IMG/VR virus record: IMGVR_UViG_3300032292_000618 | Span: 64,001-128,000 of that record | DNA: 64,000 nt | Reading direction: 5' to 3' (one strand) | Source: a virus | Lineage: Duplodnaviria; Caudoviricetes | In this document: positions 1 through 9,210 of the stretch, piece by piece | Layout: each line of letters starts with the position of its first letter | How positions within the stretch are numbered: position 1 is the first letter of the stretch | Notes under the pieces: model-generated | Database searches by the model: none | Told to the model about the DNA's origin: nothing | Seen by the model: the letters and a program-made list of their open reading frames with translations, nothing else | Made by a program: the position numbers and the translations under genes

Positions 1-1
1 T

Positions 2-871
2 ATGATAGATTTGTTGAAGTCTGAATTTTCAGATGGGGCAACAGCACCAGAAATTTTTGTTGGGACTGTAAATGCTTATCTAAGTAAACTTTTGAAAGAA
101 AAAAAATTACTTGGAATTTCTCTTAAAAAACCTACTAAGTCTGAACCAGAATCTCATGTTTATGAAACCAACTTAGATGTTGGTCCTGATGGAATAGAAG
201 TTCATGAAGGAGATATTATTGGAGATATGGTTACATACATGGAAATTAAAAAAAGAGGAGGTGAAGATGATTTTGCAGGTAATTCTTTAACATTTGAAGC
301 TCAGTTTAAAGCAGGAAAATATATTAAAAGATATTTTTGGGAAAGTAAGGTTTCTAGTGCTGCTGCTCATGCAACTGAACCTAGGGACAGAGTTCCTAAT
401 AACAAAGGCAAGCATGTAAATGCAACTGCTAGAAATGGAGCAATTCCTGCTCCAAAGATGGCAGAATTAGTTAAAAAATATACAGGGGAAGAAATTAATC
501 ATAATATTCCTTTAACTAGTAAGTTTAATAAAGTTCAATTAGAATATTGGCAAAAATACTTCGCAGATATAATTTCAGACAGAACTATTTCTAAAGATTT
601 TGGAACAATAAAATATATGGGTAAAGTTGCAACCCCAGAAGACTTTATTCAAAAAGCATTTTTGTTAGATGATCAATCTTCAAATCCATCTGGAAAAAAC
701 TTTGCAGTTAAACTTAGAAGTAAACTTAGAATTCTAAGATATATTAAAATGTTTATTGAAGCAAAAAGTCAAGGAAAGTTAGCAGAACTTATTACTCATG
801 CTTACTTCCTATCATCAAAAATGAACATTAGTCAAGCTGACCTGTCTGGACCCTTTATCAAAGTCCAATAA
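2..871 (+). CDS. Hypothetical protein, 5'-truncated; possible PD-(D/E)XK-type nuclease
   Basis: Open frame from the window start; LLGISLKK resembles the nuclease xSxK motif; directly upstream of a DNA methyltransferase. Confidence 0.5.
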   Translation: MIDLLKSEFSDGATAPEIFVGTVNAYLSKLLKEKKLLGISLKKPTKSEPESHVYETNLDVGPDGIEVHEGDIIGDMVTYMEIKKRGGEDDFAGNSLTFEAQFKAGKYIKRYFWESKVSSAAAHATEPRDRVPNNKGKHVNATARNGAIPAPKMAELVKKYTGEEINHNIPLTSKFNKVQLEYWQKYFADIISDRTISKDFGTIKYMGKVATPEDFIQKAFLLDDQSSNPSGKNFAVKLRSKLRILRYIKMFIEAKSQGKLAELITHAYFLSSKMNISQADLSGPFIKVQ

Positions 872-902
872 TGTGCTACACTGGTAAAATACTGGAGACC
901 CT

Positions 903-1673
903 ATGATTGATCTGAGAACTGGAGACTGCATTGAGTTAGCAAAACAACTTGATGATAACTCTATTGATTGTACTGTAACTTCACCACCATATAACAAACA
1001 AAAGATTGGTGGTGGATTGTTTCGTAAAATTGAATATGATAAGTTTGATGATTCTCTCCCAGAAGATGTTTATCAAGAGCAGCAGATTGAACTTCTGAAT
1101 GTTCTCTTTGATAAAACTAAAGAAGGTGGATCATTGTTCTATAATCATAAAGTCAGATACCTTGAAGGTAATGCTACTTCTCCTTGGGCATGGTTGCCTA
1201 AAACTAAGTGGCACATCAGGGAAGAGATTATCTGGAACAGAGGTAGTGGTCCAGAGATTTCTGGATATAGATTTACTCAGATTGATGAAAGAATCTATTG
1301 GTTGTGTAAAGGTGCTAAGCGTCCCAAACTTCCTAGGAGATCTGTAAACTATGGAAGTGTTTGGAAGTTTGGTCCTGAGATGAAGAATCCTCATCCTGCA
1401 CCATTCCCCATTGTCCTTCCCCTTAGGTGTATTCAAGGTGTTATGCAAGAACCTGGAGTAGTTCTTGATCCTTATAGTGGTTCAGGTACAACTGGTCTTG
1501 CTGCTACTCTTCTTGGTCATGACTATATTGGATTTGATCTTTCTGATGATTACCATACCATGGCAAGAGAAAGAATTGGTAATCCTTCTAGAAGAGATCT
1601 TGAAAGATTTACTGAAGAATGTGCAATTGAGGTAAATAATGAAAGGGGTCTTTTTAGTTTGTTGGAATCTTAA
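903..1673 (+). CDS. DNA amino-methyltransferase, beta class (N4-C or N6-A)
   Basis: Motif IV TSPPY precedes HPAPFP and motif I LDPYSGSGTT. Confidence 0.93.
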   Translation: MIDLRTGDCIELAKQLDDNSIDCTVTSPPYNKQKIGGGLFRKIEYDKFDDSLPEDVYQEQQIELLNVLFDKTKEGGSLFYNHKVRYLEGNATSPWAWLPKTKWHIREEIIWNRGSGPEISGYRFTQIDERIYWLCKGAKRPKLPRRSVNYGSVWKFGPEMKNPHPAPFPIVLPLRCIQGVMQEPGVVLDPYSGSGTTGLAATLLGHDYIGFDLSDDYHTMARERIGNPSRRDLERFTEECAIEVNNERGLFSLLES

Positions 1674-1897
1674 TGGAAGAATTTTTTAAAGAATTAGTCC
1701 AAATTTATAAAACTAAAGTAAGGATTAAGCAACTAAAGAGAAAAACTATTGAGAATTTTTCTAGATTTTATATTAGTTTTGTGTCCCAAAATAATGATCC
1801 AAAAGAAAAGAAAGATAAATACTTACAATTGAAAAACTTAGGATTAAGGTATATTCTTGACAATCAAGATTTGATATACTCAGAAATTAGTAAATGA
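1673..1897 (+). CDS. Hypothetical protein
   Basis: 74-aa ORF overlapping both neighbours. Confidence 0.7.
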   Translation: MEEFFKELVQIYKTKVRIKQLKRKTIENFSRFYISFVSQNNDPKEKKDKYLQLKNLGLRYILDNQDLIYSEISK

Positions 1898-3006
1898 AAA
1901 GATTCTTAGAGTTTATAACAGAAGCAAGAACATCCCAAGCTGCACAGCAAGCAAAAAAACTTGGGTTATCTGGGGATGGTCACGGGTTTTGGGTTGATAA
2001 GGAAGGTGTCAAAAAGGCAAGAACATTAAAAGGAAAATTAGAGTTTATTCAGCAGAGGAAGAAAAGTTCTGGAGGTGAAGATACATCTCAAAGACAATCT
2101 CCTACAACTTCCACATCTAAAAAATTACCAAAAGCAAAACCCGCTCCAAAGAGATTGGGTGCTAAGGCAACTCAATCACCATCAGAAAGAAGCAGAAGAC
2201 CTCAAGAATCAGGAGCAAAAGCATCAGGATCTCAGCAACAACCAAAAGGTCCTAGTGGAGATACAGTAACCATAGCATTTGGAAAATTTAATCCTCCAAC
2301 TAAGGCTCATAAAAATCTTTTAAATGCATTAAAGCAATCTGCATCTGGAGGAAACTTTTATATTTTCCCATCTAGAACTCAAGATGGGAAAAAGAATCCT
2401 TTATCTGCAGATGTAAAAATTGATTTTATGAAGGCAATGTTCCCTGAGTATGCAGATAAAATTATTGATAGTGAAGAGTTTAAAACTATTTTTGATGTTC
2501 TTTCATTCTTAAATCAAGAAGGATATACTTCAGTAAACATAGTATGTGGATCAGAAAGATGTTCTGAAATTGATAATCTTGCCAAAAAACACAATGGTCA
2601 ATTATATCAATTCAAATCAATTAATATAGTTTCTTCTGGTCCAAAAGATCCTGATGCAGAAGAAAACTCTTCTGTAGCAAGAAAATCAGCAGCATCTGGT
2701 GATTTTGAAACATTCAAAAAATCTATGCCTGCTGGGGTTCAACCAAAATTAATTAAACAATTATTTTCAGAACTTGGTGGATCTTTAGAAGTAAAAGAGA
2801 CATGGCAAATATCTCCAGATTTAGACTCTAAAGGATTGAGAGAAAATTATGTTTTTGGAAACTTATTTAAAGTTGGCGATACTGTTGAAAGTTGTAATAC
2901 AGGACTAAGGGGAGAAATAATTAGATCTGGGGCAAATCATTTAATATGTGTTACTGAAGATGGTATCATGTTTAAATCCTGGATTAAAGATGTTACTTTA
3001 GTATAA
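1894..3006 (+). CDS. Cytidylyltransferase-like (HxGH superfamily) cyanophage protein
   Basis: AFGKFNPPTKAH, SRTQDGKKNPL and the C-terminal FKVGD...GANHLIC...KSWIKD domain. Confidence 0.85.
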   Translation: MKRFLEFITEARTSQAAQQAKKLGLSGDGHGFWVDKEGVKKARTLKGKLEFIQQRKKSSGGEDTSQRQSPTTSTSKKLPKAKPAPKRLGAKATQSPSERSRRPQESGAKASGSQQQPKGPSGDTVTIAFGKFNPPTKAHKNLLNALKQSASGGNFYIFPSRTQDGKKNPLSADVKIDFMKAMFPEYADKIIDSEEFKTIFDVLSFLNQEGYTSVNIVCGSERCSEIDNLAKKHNGQLYQFKSINIVSSGPKDPDAEENSSVARKSAASGDFETFKKSMPAGVQPKLIKQLFSELGGSLEVKETWQISPDLDSKGLRENYVFGNLFKVGDTVESCNTGLRGEIIRSGANHLICVTEDGIMFKSWIKDVTLV

Positions 3007-3009
3007 ATA
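3002..3009 (+). promoter_or_regulatory. T4-type late promoter
   Basis: TATAAATA 25 nt upstream of ATG 3035. Confidence 0.75.
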
Positions 3010-3034
3010 AAAAAAGAACTAGTTAATTACTTAA

Positions 3035-3985
3035 ATGTCTAATATTTGGGCGGATACTTTCTCTGTAATTAGAGAGCCTCATTTTTCAGAAGAAAAGAAA
3101 GAGAAAGAAGAAAAAGGCGAGAAAAAGCATAAAGAAGATCCTACTGAAGAAAAAGCAGAGGACAAAAAAGGTGAGAAGAAAACTGAAGATGACAAACCAA
3201 AGAAGTGGTGGGATGATGATGGTGATGGTAAAGGATATGAGAAGGGAGAAGTAGAAGGAAGTTTTAAAAAGAAAGTAAAGAAAGAAGAAAGAGATCTTCA
3301 TAGTAAGAATGATAAGAATGATAAGATTGATGTGAGAAAGGGAATTAAAAATAAGATTAATACCAAACCAACAGTATCTGAAGAACTAGAAGCATGGATT
3401 GGAGAACTTCTTGATGAAGGATATGACCTGTCTTCTTTCACTTTAGAAGAAGTCGCTAAAATCTATGATTCAGTTCAACTTGATGAGGCAGATACCTATG
3501 GGATGCCTCCCAGGGGTGATGCTGAAAGACAAAAGGCAGATCCAATGTCAGCAGCAAAATCAAAGGCTGCTAGAGCAAAAGTTGCTAAGGAAAGAGCAGA
3601 CCTTCAAGTTGCACAACAATCCCAAAGATTGAAAGTATCTGCAACTGAATCTGTTCTTTCTTATGTTGCTGGAAGAACTCCACTTTTTGAAGGAGTATTT
3701 GATCCTAAAAAAAGCAAACTGAAACCAGCATCAGAGAGAACTAAAACTGCAATGACTGATGCTCAGAGAAAAGCAGCAAAGAAAGAAGCAGAAAGAACTT
3801 CTGAAATTCATAGCAAAGGTGAAACACTTCTTGTTGGATTAACATCTTCTGGTAAGAAAGGAAGAGTTCAAACAACTCCTGCTTCTAAAGCAGCAGCACC
3901 AGCAGCAAATAGACAAGTGAAAGGTAAGTATGATAAGCTTGGAAAAGCTGCAGATGCTGTTCTGAAGAATCTTAAGGATAAATAA
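3035..3985 (+). CDS. Charged low-complexity protein, probable internal head protein
   Basis: K/E-rich; KKWWDDDGDGKGYEKGEV motif; late promoter upstream. Confidence 0.65.
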   Translation: MSNIWADTFSVIREPHFSEEKKEKEEKGEKKHKEDPTEEKAEDKKGEKKTEDDKPKKWWDDDGDGKGYEKGEVEGSFKKKVKKEERDLHSKNDKNDKIDVRKGIKNKINTKPTVSEELEAWIGELLDEGYDLSSFTLEEVAKIYDSVQLDEADTYGMPPRGDAERQKADPMSAAKSKAARAKVAKERADLQVAQQSQRLKVSATESVLSYVAGRTPLFEGVFDPKKSKLKPASERTKTAMTDAQRKAAKKEAERTSEIHSKGETLLVGLTSSGKKGRVQTTPASKAAAPAANRQVKGKYDKLGKAADAVLKNLKDK

Positions 3986-4011
3986 GATAGGATCCTTCAC
4001 ACGAGGTTATT

Positions 4012-4197
4012 ATGTCACTAGCAGCAATTTTAGCTTGGGCATCTGCTAATCAAGCACTTATAGCAACTGTATTATTTGCACTTTCTGAAACACTTGGAGC
4101 AGTTCCAAAAATCAAAGCAAACGGTCTTATTTCACTCATCCTTGTACAAATTCAAGGACAATTGAAATCAAAAGGTGCTCAAGATTTAACTCCCTGA
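4012..4197 (+). CDS. Small hydrophobic membrane protein
   Basis: GAGG ribosome-binding site; hydrophobic 61-aa ORF. Confidence 0.7.
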   Translation: MSLAAILAWASANQALIATVLFALSETLGAVPKIKANGLISLILVQIQGQLKSKGAQDLTP

Positions 4198-4225
4198 GTA
4201 ACTGACTAAAATATCCAATTCATTG

Positions 4226-4250
4226 GGGGAATTCATATTCCCCCTTTTTT
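4226..4250 (+). terminator. Rho-independent terminator
   Basis: GGGGAAT-tcat-ATTCCCC followed by a T-run. Confidence 0.8.
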
Positions 4251-4257
4251 ATAAATA
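4250..4257 (+). promoter_or_regulatory. T4-type late promoter
   Basis: TATAAATA. Confidence 0.75.
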
Positions 4258-4291
4258 ACTTAAGAAAGAAATCTTATTCAAGGAAAGTCAC

Positions 4292-4879
4292 ATGGCTCTT
4301 TGGGGAAAAGCAGATAGTATTTTTTCAGCTGGGACAATCACTGTCAATCTTACTGCAAAAACTATCACAGGATCTGGAACTTCATTCACTGCAGTTGGAG
4401 TTGAAACTGGTGTAGTAATTAATATTGGGGTTGGTGGCACTTTTGGTTCAGCTGTAATCTCAAAAATTACATCAGAAACTTTAGTCTCTATTGCAACAAC
4501 TCAGTACATCACTGGAATAGGCACTGAAGGTGCTGGAGCAACTGTTGGGGTTGCTTACACTATGTCAAGAAAACCAATCTATATTCTTGGTGATACCAAT
4601 TATTCTGGTATTCAAACTACTTCAACTAAATTGACTAATACAATTTATGGAGTAGATGTTTTAGAAGTTGGATATGGGGCAACTGCAACAGTTAAAGGAA
4701 AAGTTGGTGCATATAAAGTAGCACATGCTGGTTGGGTTGGAGTTCATACTTATGTTGATATGCATGGTAATTTTAGAGTTAAGTCAGAAACTCTAGTTGC
4801 AATGTCTGGTATTTCCAGTGGAACAACTACTGCATTTGCAACTGGTGATGCTAATGATGATGATGTATTTCTCCCATGA
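4292..4879 (+). CDS. Virion structural protein
   Basis: G/T-rich; MALWG start; HAGWVG...RVKSETLVAM motif; late promoter. Confidence 0.7.
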   Translation: MALWGKADSIFSAGTITVNLTAKTITGSGTSFTAVGVETGVVINIGVGGTFGSAVISKITSETLVSIATTQYITGIGTEGAGATVGVAYTMSRKPIYILGDTNYSGIQTTSTKLTNTIYGVDVLEVGYGATATVKGKVGAYKVAHAGWVGVHTYVDMHGNFRVKSETLVAMSGISSGTTTAFATGDANDDDVFLP

Positions 4880-4885
4880 TAACAT

Positions 4886-5257
4886 ATGAAGTTTGATGAA
4901 TTGAATGAAGATAATTATATTTTATTTGCTATAAAATATTACGACAATCCTCAAGCAGTGACTCAAGAAGATTTTTTTGAGGATTTAAGTAGGTTTAAAT
5001 ATATTAAAAAACTTCTAAGAAAGTACGTTAAATCAGGAGATTTAAAAGTAAGTCTCCTGATTAATCACTTTATTATTGTTTTTAATATTTTTAATGAGGC
5101 TGCAGTTCCTTTACTATTTTTTAAAATAGAAAAAGAACTATGGTCTTCTATGAAAACTTTTTTGGTGTTTCTTGATAGAGTTCCAGAATTTCCACAAACA
5201 TTTGTTAATGAAATACCAATAGATGAAAATTGTTTAAAAATATTGCAATCTCTCTAA
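4886..5257 (+). CDS. Conserved T4-like phage hypothetical protein
   Basis: FAIKYYDNPQ...EDLSRFKYIK...LLINH. Confidence 0.8.
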   Translation: MKFDELNEDNYILFAIKYYDNPQAVTQEDFFEDLSRFKYIKKLLRKYVKSGDLKVSLLINHFIIVFNIFNEAAVPLLFFKIEKELWSSMKTFLVFLDRVPEFPQTFVNEIPIDENCLKILQSL

Positions 5258-5258
5258 T

Positions 5259-5438
5259 ATGGATGCTTCTAAGTTAAATCTTATAATAAATATTATTAGA
5301 ACAAACATTATCGAAGACATGAGCGCTACTGGTGGGGGTTTAGCTGGATTACCTCCAGAAGAACCACCTGTAGATCTGAGAAAAACAAAGTTCAAAAAGT
5401 TGCCCTATTTTTTCAGACAACTTCTGAGGAAGAAGTAG
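5259..5438 (+). CDS. Hypothetical protein, 59 aa (not in ORF track)
   Basis: MDASKLNLII...GLAGLPPEEPPVDLRK...; fills the gap between neighbours exactly. Confidence 0.7.
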   Translation: MDASKLNLIINIIRTNIIEDMSATGGGLAGLPPEEPPVDLRKTKFKKLPYFFRQLLRKK

Positions 5439-5439
5439 C

Positions 5440-5880
5440 ATGTTTAACAGATCTACAGAAACAAAAATTGCAGTTCTTGAAGAACGTCTTACATCCTATG
5501 AGGTAATGATGAAGAAGATTGACGAAGCCATTCAGATAATGGGAACTACAAGTCAAAACATCTCAAAGATGTTGGCAGTTCATGAAGAAAAGTTAGAAAA
5601 TAATAGTAAAAATGATGAATTACTTATTGACAGAATTAAGACTATAGAAGTAAAAAATACAGAAGAACATAGTAGAGTGATTGAAAGGTTTGAATCATTA
5701 GAAAAAAAGATAGATGGACGTATAGAGACAGTAGATAAAAAAGTTGATGATGTAACAAAATTTCGTTGGTTAGTTGTAGGTGCTTTAGTAATAGTTTCTT
5801 TTGTATTTTCTCAGTCAAGTATGGTTGTGGATATCTTGACACCAGATCCAAGACAGGTTAAGATAGAAGCATCAAAGTAA
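5440..5880 (+). CDS. Coiled-coil protein with C-terminal transmembrane helix
   Basis: Heptad pattern followed by RWLVVGALVIVSFVF. Confidence 0.75.
   Translation: MFNRSTETKIAVLEERLTSYEVMMKKIDEAIQIMGTTSQNISKMLAVHEEKLENNSKNDELLIDRIKTIEVKNTEEHSRVIERFESLEKKIDGRIETVDKKVDDVTKFRWLVVGALVIVSFVFSQSSMVVDILTPDPRQVKIEASK
5836..5864 (+). promoter_or_regulatory. Sigma70-type promoter for primase
   Basis: TTGACA-17 nt-TAAGAT. Confidence 0.7.
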
Positions 5881-5890
5881 TTTTTACATA

Positions 5891-6916
5891 ATGAATTTAA
5901 TTGATTCCAAGTATATTGGATTAATTTCTGCACGATTGAATAAATTTAAAAAAGTAAAAAATAATCTTTATAACTTTAGATGTCCATATTGTGGGGACTC
6001 TGAAAAATATAAAAATAAAGCAAGGGGATATATTTACCAATATAAAAATGATCATAACTACAAATGTCATAATTGTGGCATCTCTAGATCATTCACTAAT
6101 TTTTTGAAGGACATTGATTGCGTTCTTCATGACCAGTATGTGATGGAAAGATATAAGAATGGTTTAACTGGTAAAGGATCTAATACTGCAGATCCTGACT
6201 TCAATTTTCAGAAACCAAACTTTTTCAAGAATCCTGAAAATTCCCAAACTCTGAAAATTGTAGACTTGCCAACAGTGGCAGAACTAAATAAAGAACATCT
6301 GGCAAAGCAGTATGTAGAAAATAGGAAAATTCCAAAAAAGTTTCACAATCAATTATATTACTGTGAAAAATTTAAAGAGTGGACTAATACTCAAAAGTTT
6401 ACTTTTGAATCTACTAGTCAAGATGAACCAAGAATCATAATTCCACTTATTAACAAAGGAAATTTTTTTGGGTTTCAAGGTCGTAGTTTAGATCCAAAAT
6501 CAAAAGTAAAGTACATTACAATTATTCTAGAAGAGCATCATCCAAAAATATATGGACTTGATAGAGTTGATTGGGACAAAACTGTTTATATAACAGAGGG
6601 TCCATTTGATAGTATGTTCTTAGACAATGCTATTGCTATGGTTGGTGCTGATATTGATAGAATGTTTTTTGTCACAAATTTTGAAACTAATTTTGTCATG
6701 GTTTATGATAATGAAAAAAGAAATAAACAGATTGTAGATAGAGTACAAAAGGCAATTGATTTACATTTTCCTGTAGTCATTTGGCCACAAGATTTGAAGG
6801 AAAAGGATATTAATGATATGGTGTTGTCTGGACACAATGTAAATAATCTGCTAGAATCTAATACTTATTCTGGTCTAGAAGCAAAAACAAAACTTATTAA
6901 TTGGAAACGAGTATGA
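5891..6916 (+). CDS. gp61: DNA primase
   Basis: Zn finger CPYCGDS...CHNC; YITEGPFDS; TOPRIM YDNE; KDINDM. Confidence 0.96.
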   Translation: MNLIDSKYIGLISARLNKFKKVKNNLYNFRCPYCGDSEKYKNKARGYIYQYKNDHNYKCHNCGISRSFTNFLKDIDCVLHDQYVMERYKNGLTGKGSNTADPDFNFQKPNFFKNPENSQTLKIVDLPTVAELNKEHLAKQYVENRKIPKKFHNQLYYCEKFKEWTNTQKFTFESTSQDEPRIIIPLINKGNFFGFQGRSLDPKSKVKYITIILEEHHPKIYGLDRVDWDKTVYITEGPFDSMFLDNAIAMVGADIDRMFFVTNFETNFVMVYDNEKRNKQIVDRVQKAIDLHFPVVIWPQDLKEKDINDMVLSGHNVNNLLESNTYSGLEAKTKLINWKRV

Positions 6917-9210
6917 GCAACGGAACAAAAGTTATTAAAAGGAATGGATCTGTTGAAAGTTTGGATCTTAACAAACTACATTTGATGGTGGATGAGGCAT
7001 GTAAAGATCTTACTGGAGTATCTGCATCCCAAGTAGAAATGCAATCTGGCATTCAATTTTATGATGGAATTACAACTGCAGAGGTTCAGGAAATTTTAAT
7101 TCGTTCAGCATCTGATCTTATTGATCTTGAAAATCCTAATTATCAATTTGTAGCAGCAAGACTTCTTTTGTTTTCTGTTAGAAAATCTCTTTATGGTAGA
7201 GTGCAAGATCATCCATCATTCGTTGATCATATTAAAAATTGTGTCAATGTAGGTGTGTATGACCCTATGATCCTGACTAACTATAGTGAGGAAGAACTTA
7301 ACAAACTTGGTCACTATATCAATCACAATCGTGATTATCTATTTACTTATGCTGGACTCAGACAAGTAGTAGATAAGTATCTTGTACAAGATAGAAGTTC
7401 TGGGAGGGTTTATGAAACTCCCCAGTTCATGTATATGATGATTGCAGCAACCATTTTTGCTCAGTACCCCAAAGAAACTAGAATCTCATATGTAAAGAGA
7501 TACTATGACTCAATCTCCAAGCACAAAATCAACATCCCAACGCCAATTATGGCAGGAGTCAGAACTCCACTTCGTCAATATGCAAGTTGCGTTCTTGTTG
7601 ATGTTGATGACACCATGCGTAGTATCGAGTCTAGTGATTCTGCAATTTTTAGGTATGTTGCTCAAAGAGCAGGAATTGGTATCAACGCAGGTCGCATCAG
7701 GGGCATCAACGCTAAAATCAGAGGCGGAGAAGTTATGCATACGGGCGTTGTCCCATTCCTCAAAAAATTTGAGGCAACTGTCAGATCTTGCACTCAAAAC
7801 GGCATCCGTGGTGGAAGTGCTACTGTCCACTTTCCCATCTGGCACAAAGAAATAGAAGATATTCTTGTTCTTAAGAACAATAAAGGTACAGAAGATAATA
7901 GAGTAAGAAAACTAGATTACTCAATTCAAATTAGTAAATTGTTCTATGAAAGATTTATCAGTAACCAAGATATCTCACTATTCAGTCCACATGACGTTCC
8001 TGAGCTTAGTGCTAATTTTGGGCTTGATGGATTTGACAATCTATATCTGGCTGCAGAACGAGATCAGTCTATTCCAAGAAAAACTATTGGTGCTCAAGAA
8101 CTCATTCTGGACCTCCTAAAGGAGAGAGCAGAAACTGGTAGAATCTACATCATGAATATTGATCATTGCAATTCTCACTCATCCTTTAAGGATAAGATTG
8201 AGATGAGCAATCTATGTCAAGAAATTACTCTTCCAACAAAACCACTAAATCATATTGATGACCCTGATGGTGAAATTGCTCTTTGCATCTTGTCTGCAGT
8301 TAATGTTGGCAAAGTCAAGGATGATGAAGAGTTTGAAGAACTTTGTGAACTGTCTGTAAGAGGACTTGAAGAACTGATTGATTATCAAGATTATCCTGTA
8401 GTTGCTGCAGAAAAATCCACCAAAGCAAGAAGGTCTCTTGGTATTGGTTATATTGGTCTGGCACATTATCTTGCCAAACTTGGTTTTAGATATGATTCCC
8501 AAGAAGCATGGGATGCAGTTCATGGATTGTCTGAGTCATTCCAATACTATCTCCTAAAAGCATCTAATAAGATTGCAAAGGAAAAGGGTGCTTGTGAATA
8601 CTTTAATAGAACTAAGTATTCTGATGGTATTCTTCCAATTGATACTTACAAAAAGGATGTAGACGAAATTACTTCAATTCCATACCAGCATGATTGGCAG
8701 ACTTTACGTGCCGAGATTCAGGCACATGGACTTAGACATAGTACATTGTCGGCACAAATGCCTTCAGAGAGCAGTTCCGTTGTGTCAAATGCAACCAATG
8801 GAATTGAACCACCTAGAGGATTCTTGTCCATTAAAAAGAGCAAGAAGGGACCCCTTAAGCAGATTGTTCCCCAGTATCAACACCTTAAGAACAATTACAC
8901 GCTTCTTTGGGATATGCCTAGCAATACTGGTTATATTAATATTGTTGCAGTTATGCAAAAATTCTTCGATCAAGCAATTTCTGGAAACTGGTCCTATAAT
9001 CCAGAAAATTACCCAGACAATGAAGTTCCTGTTAGCGTAATGGCACAAGATTTTCTAACCACTTATAAGTATGGATGGAAGACATCTTATTATCAAAATA
9101 CATATGATAATAAAACAGATGAGGTAAAGGAAGAAAATAATGTTCAAAATCTAATACTAGAACTTTTAAATTCAGAAGGAGAAGATGACTGTGAATCATG
9201 TAAAATTTAG
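6913..9210 (+). CDS. nrdA: Ribonucleotide reductase class Ia, alpha subunit
   Basis: ATP cone, TPIMAG, SCVL, SNLCQEI, C-terminal CESC. Confidence 0.98.
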   Translation: MSNGTKVIKRNGSVESLDLNKLHLMVDEACKDLTGVSASQVEMQSGIQFYDGITTAEVQEILIRSASDLIDLENPNYQFVAARLLLFSVRKSLYGRVQDHPSFVDHIKNCVNVGVYDPMILTNYSEEELNKLGHYINHNRDYLFTYAGLRQVVDKYLVQDRSSGRVYETPQFMYMMIAATIFAQYPKETRISYVKRYYDSISKHKINIPTPIMAGVRTPLRQYASCVLVDVDDTMRSIESSDSAIFRYVAQRAGIGINAGRIRGINAKIRGGEVMHTGVVPFLKKFEATVRSCTQNGIRGGSATVHFPIWHKEIEDILVLKNNKGTEDNRVRKLDYSIQISKLFYERFISNQDISLFSPHDVPELSANFGLDGFDNLYLAAERDQSIPRKTIGAQELILDLLKERAETGRIYIMNIDHCNSHSSFKDKIEMSNLCQEITLPTKPLNHIDDPDGEIALCILSAVNVGKVKDDEEFEELCELSVRGLEELIDYQDYPVVAAEKSTKARRSLGIGYIGLAHYLAKLGFRYDSQEAWDAVHGLSESFQYYLLKASNKIAKEKGACEYFNRTKYSDGILPIDTYKKDVDEITSIPYQHDWQTLRAEIQAHGLRHSTLSAQMPSESSSVVSNATNGIEPPRGFLSIKKSKKGPLKQIVPQYQHLKNNYTLLWDMPSNTGYINIVAVMQKFFDQAISGNWSYNPENYPDNEVPVSVMAQDFLTTYKYGWKTSYYQNTYDNKTDEVKEENNVQNLILELLNSEGEDDCESCKI

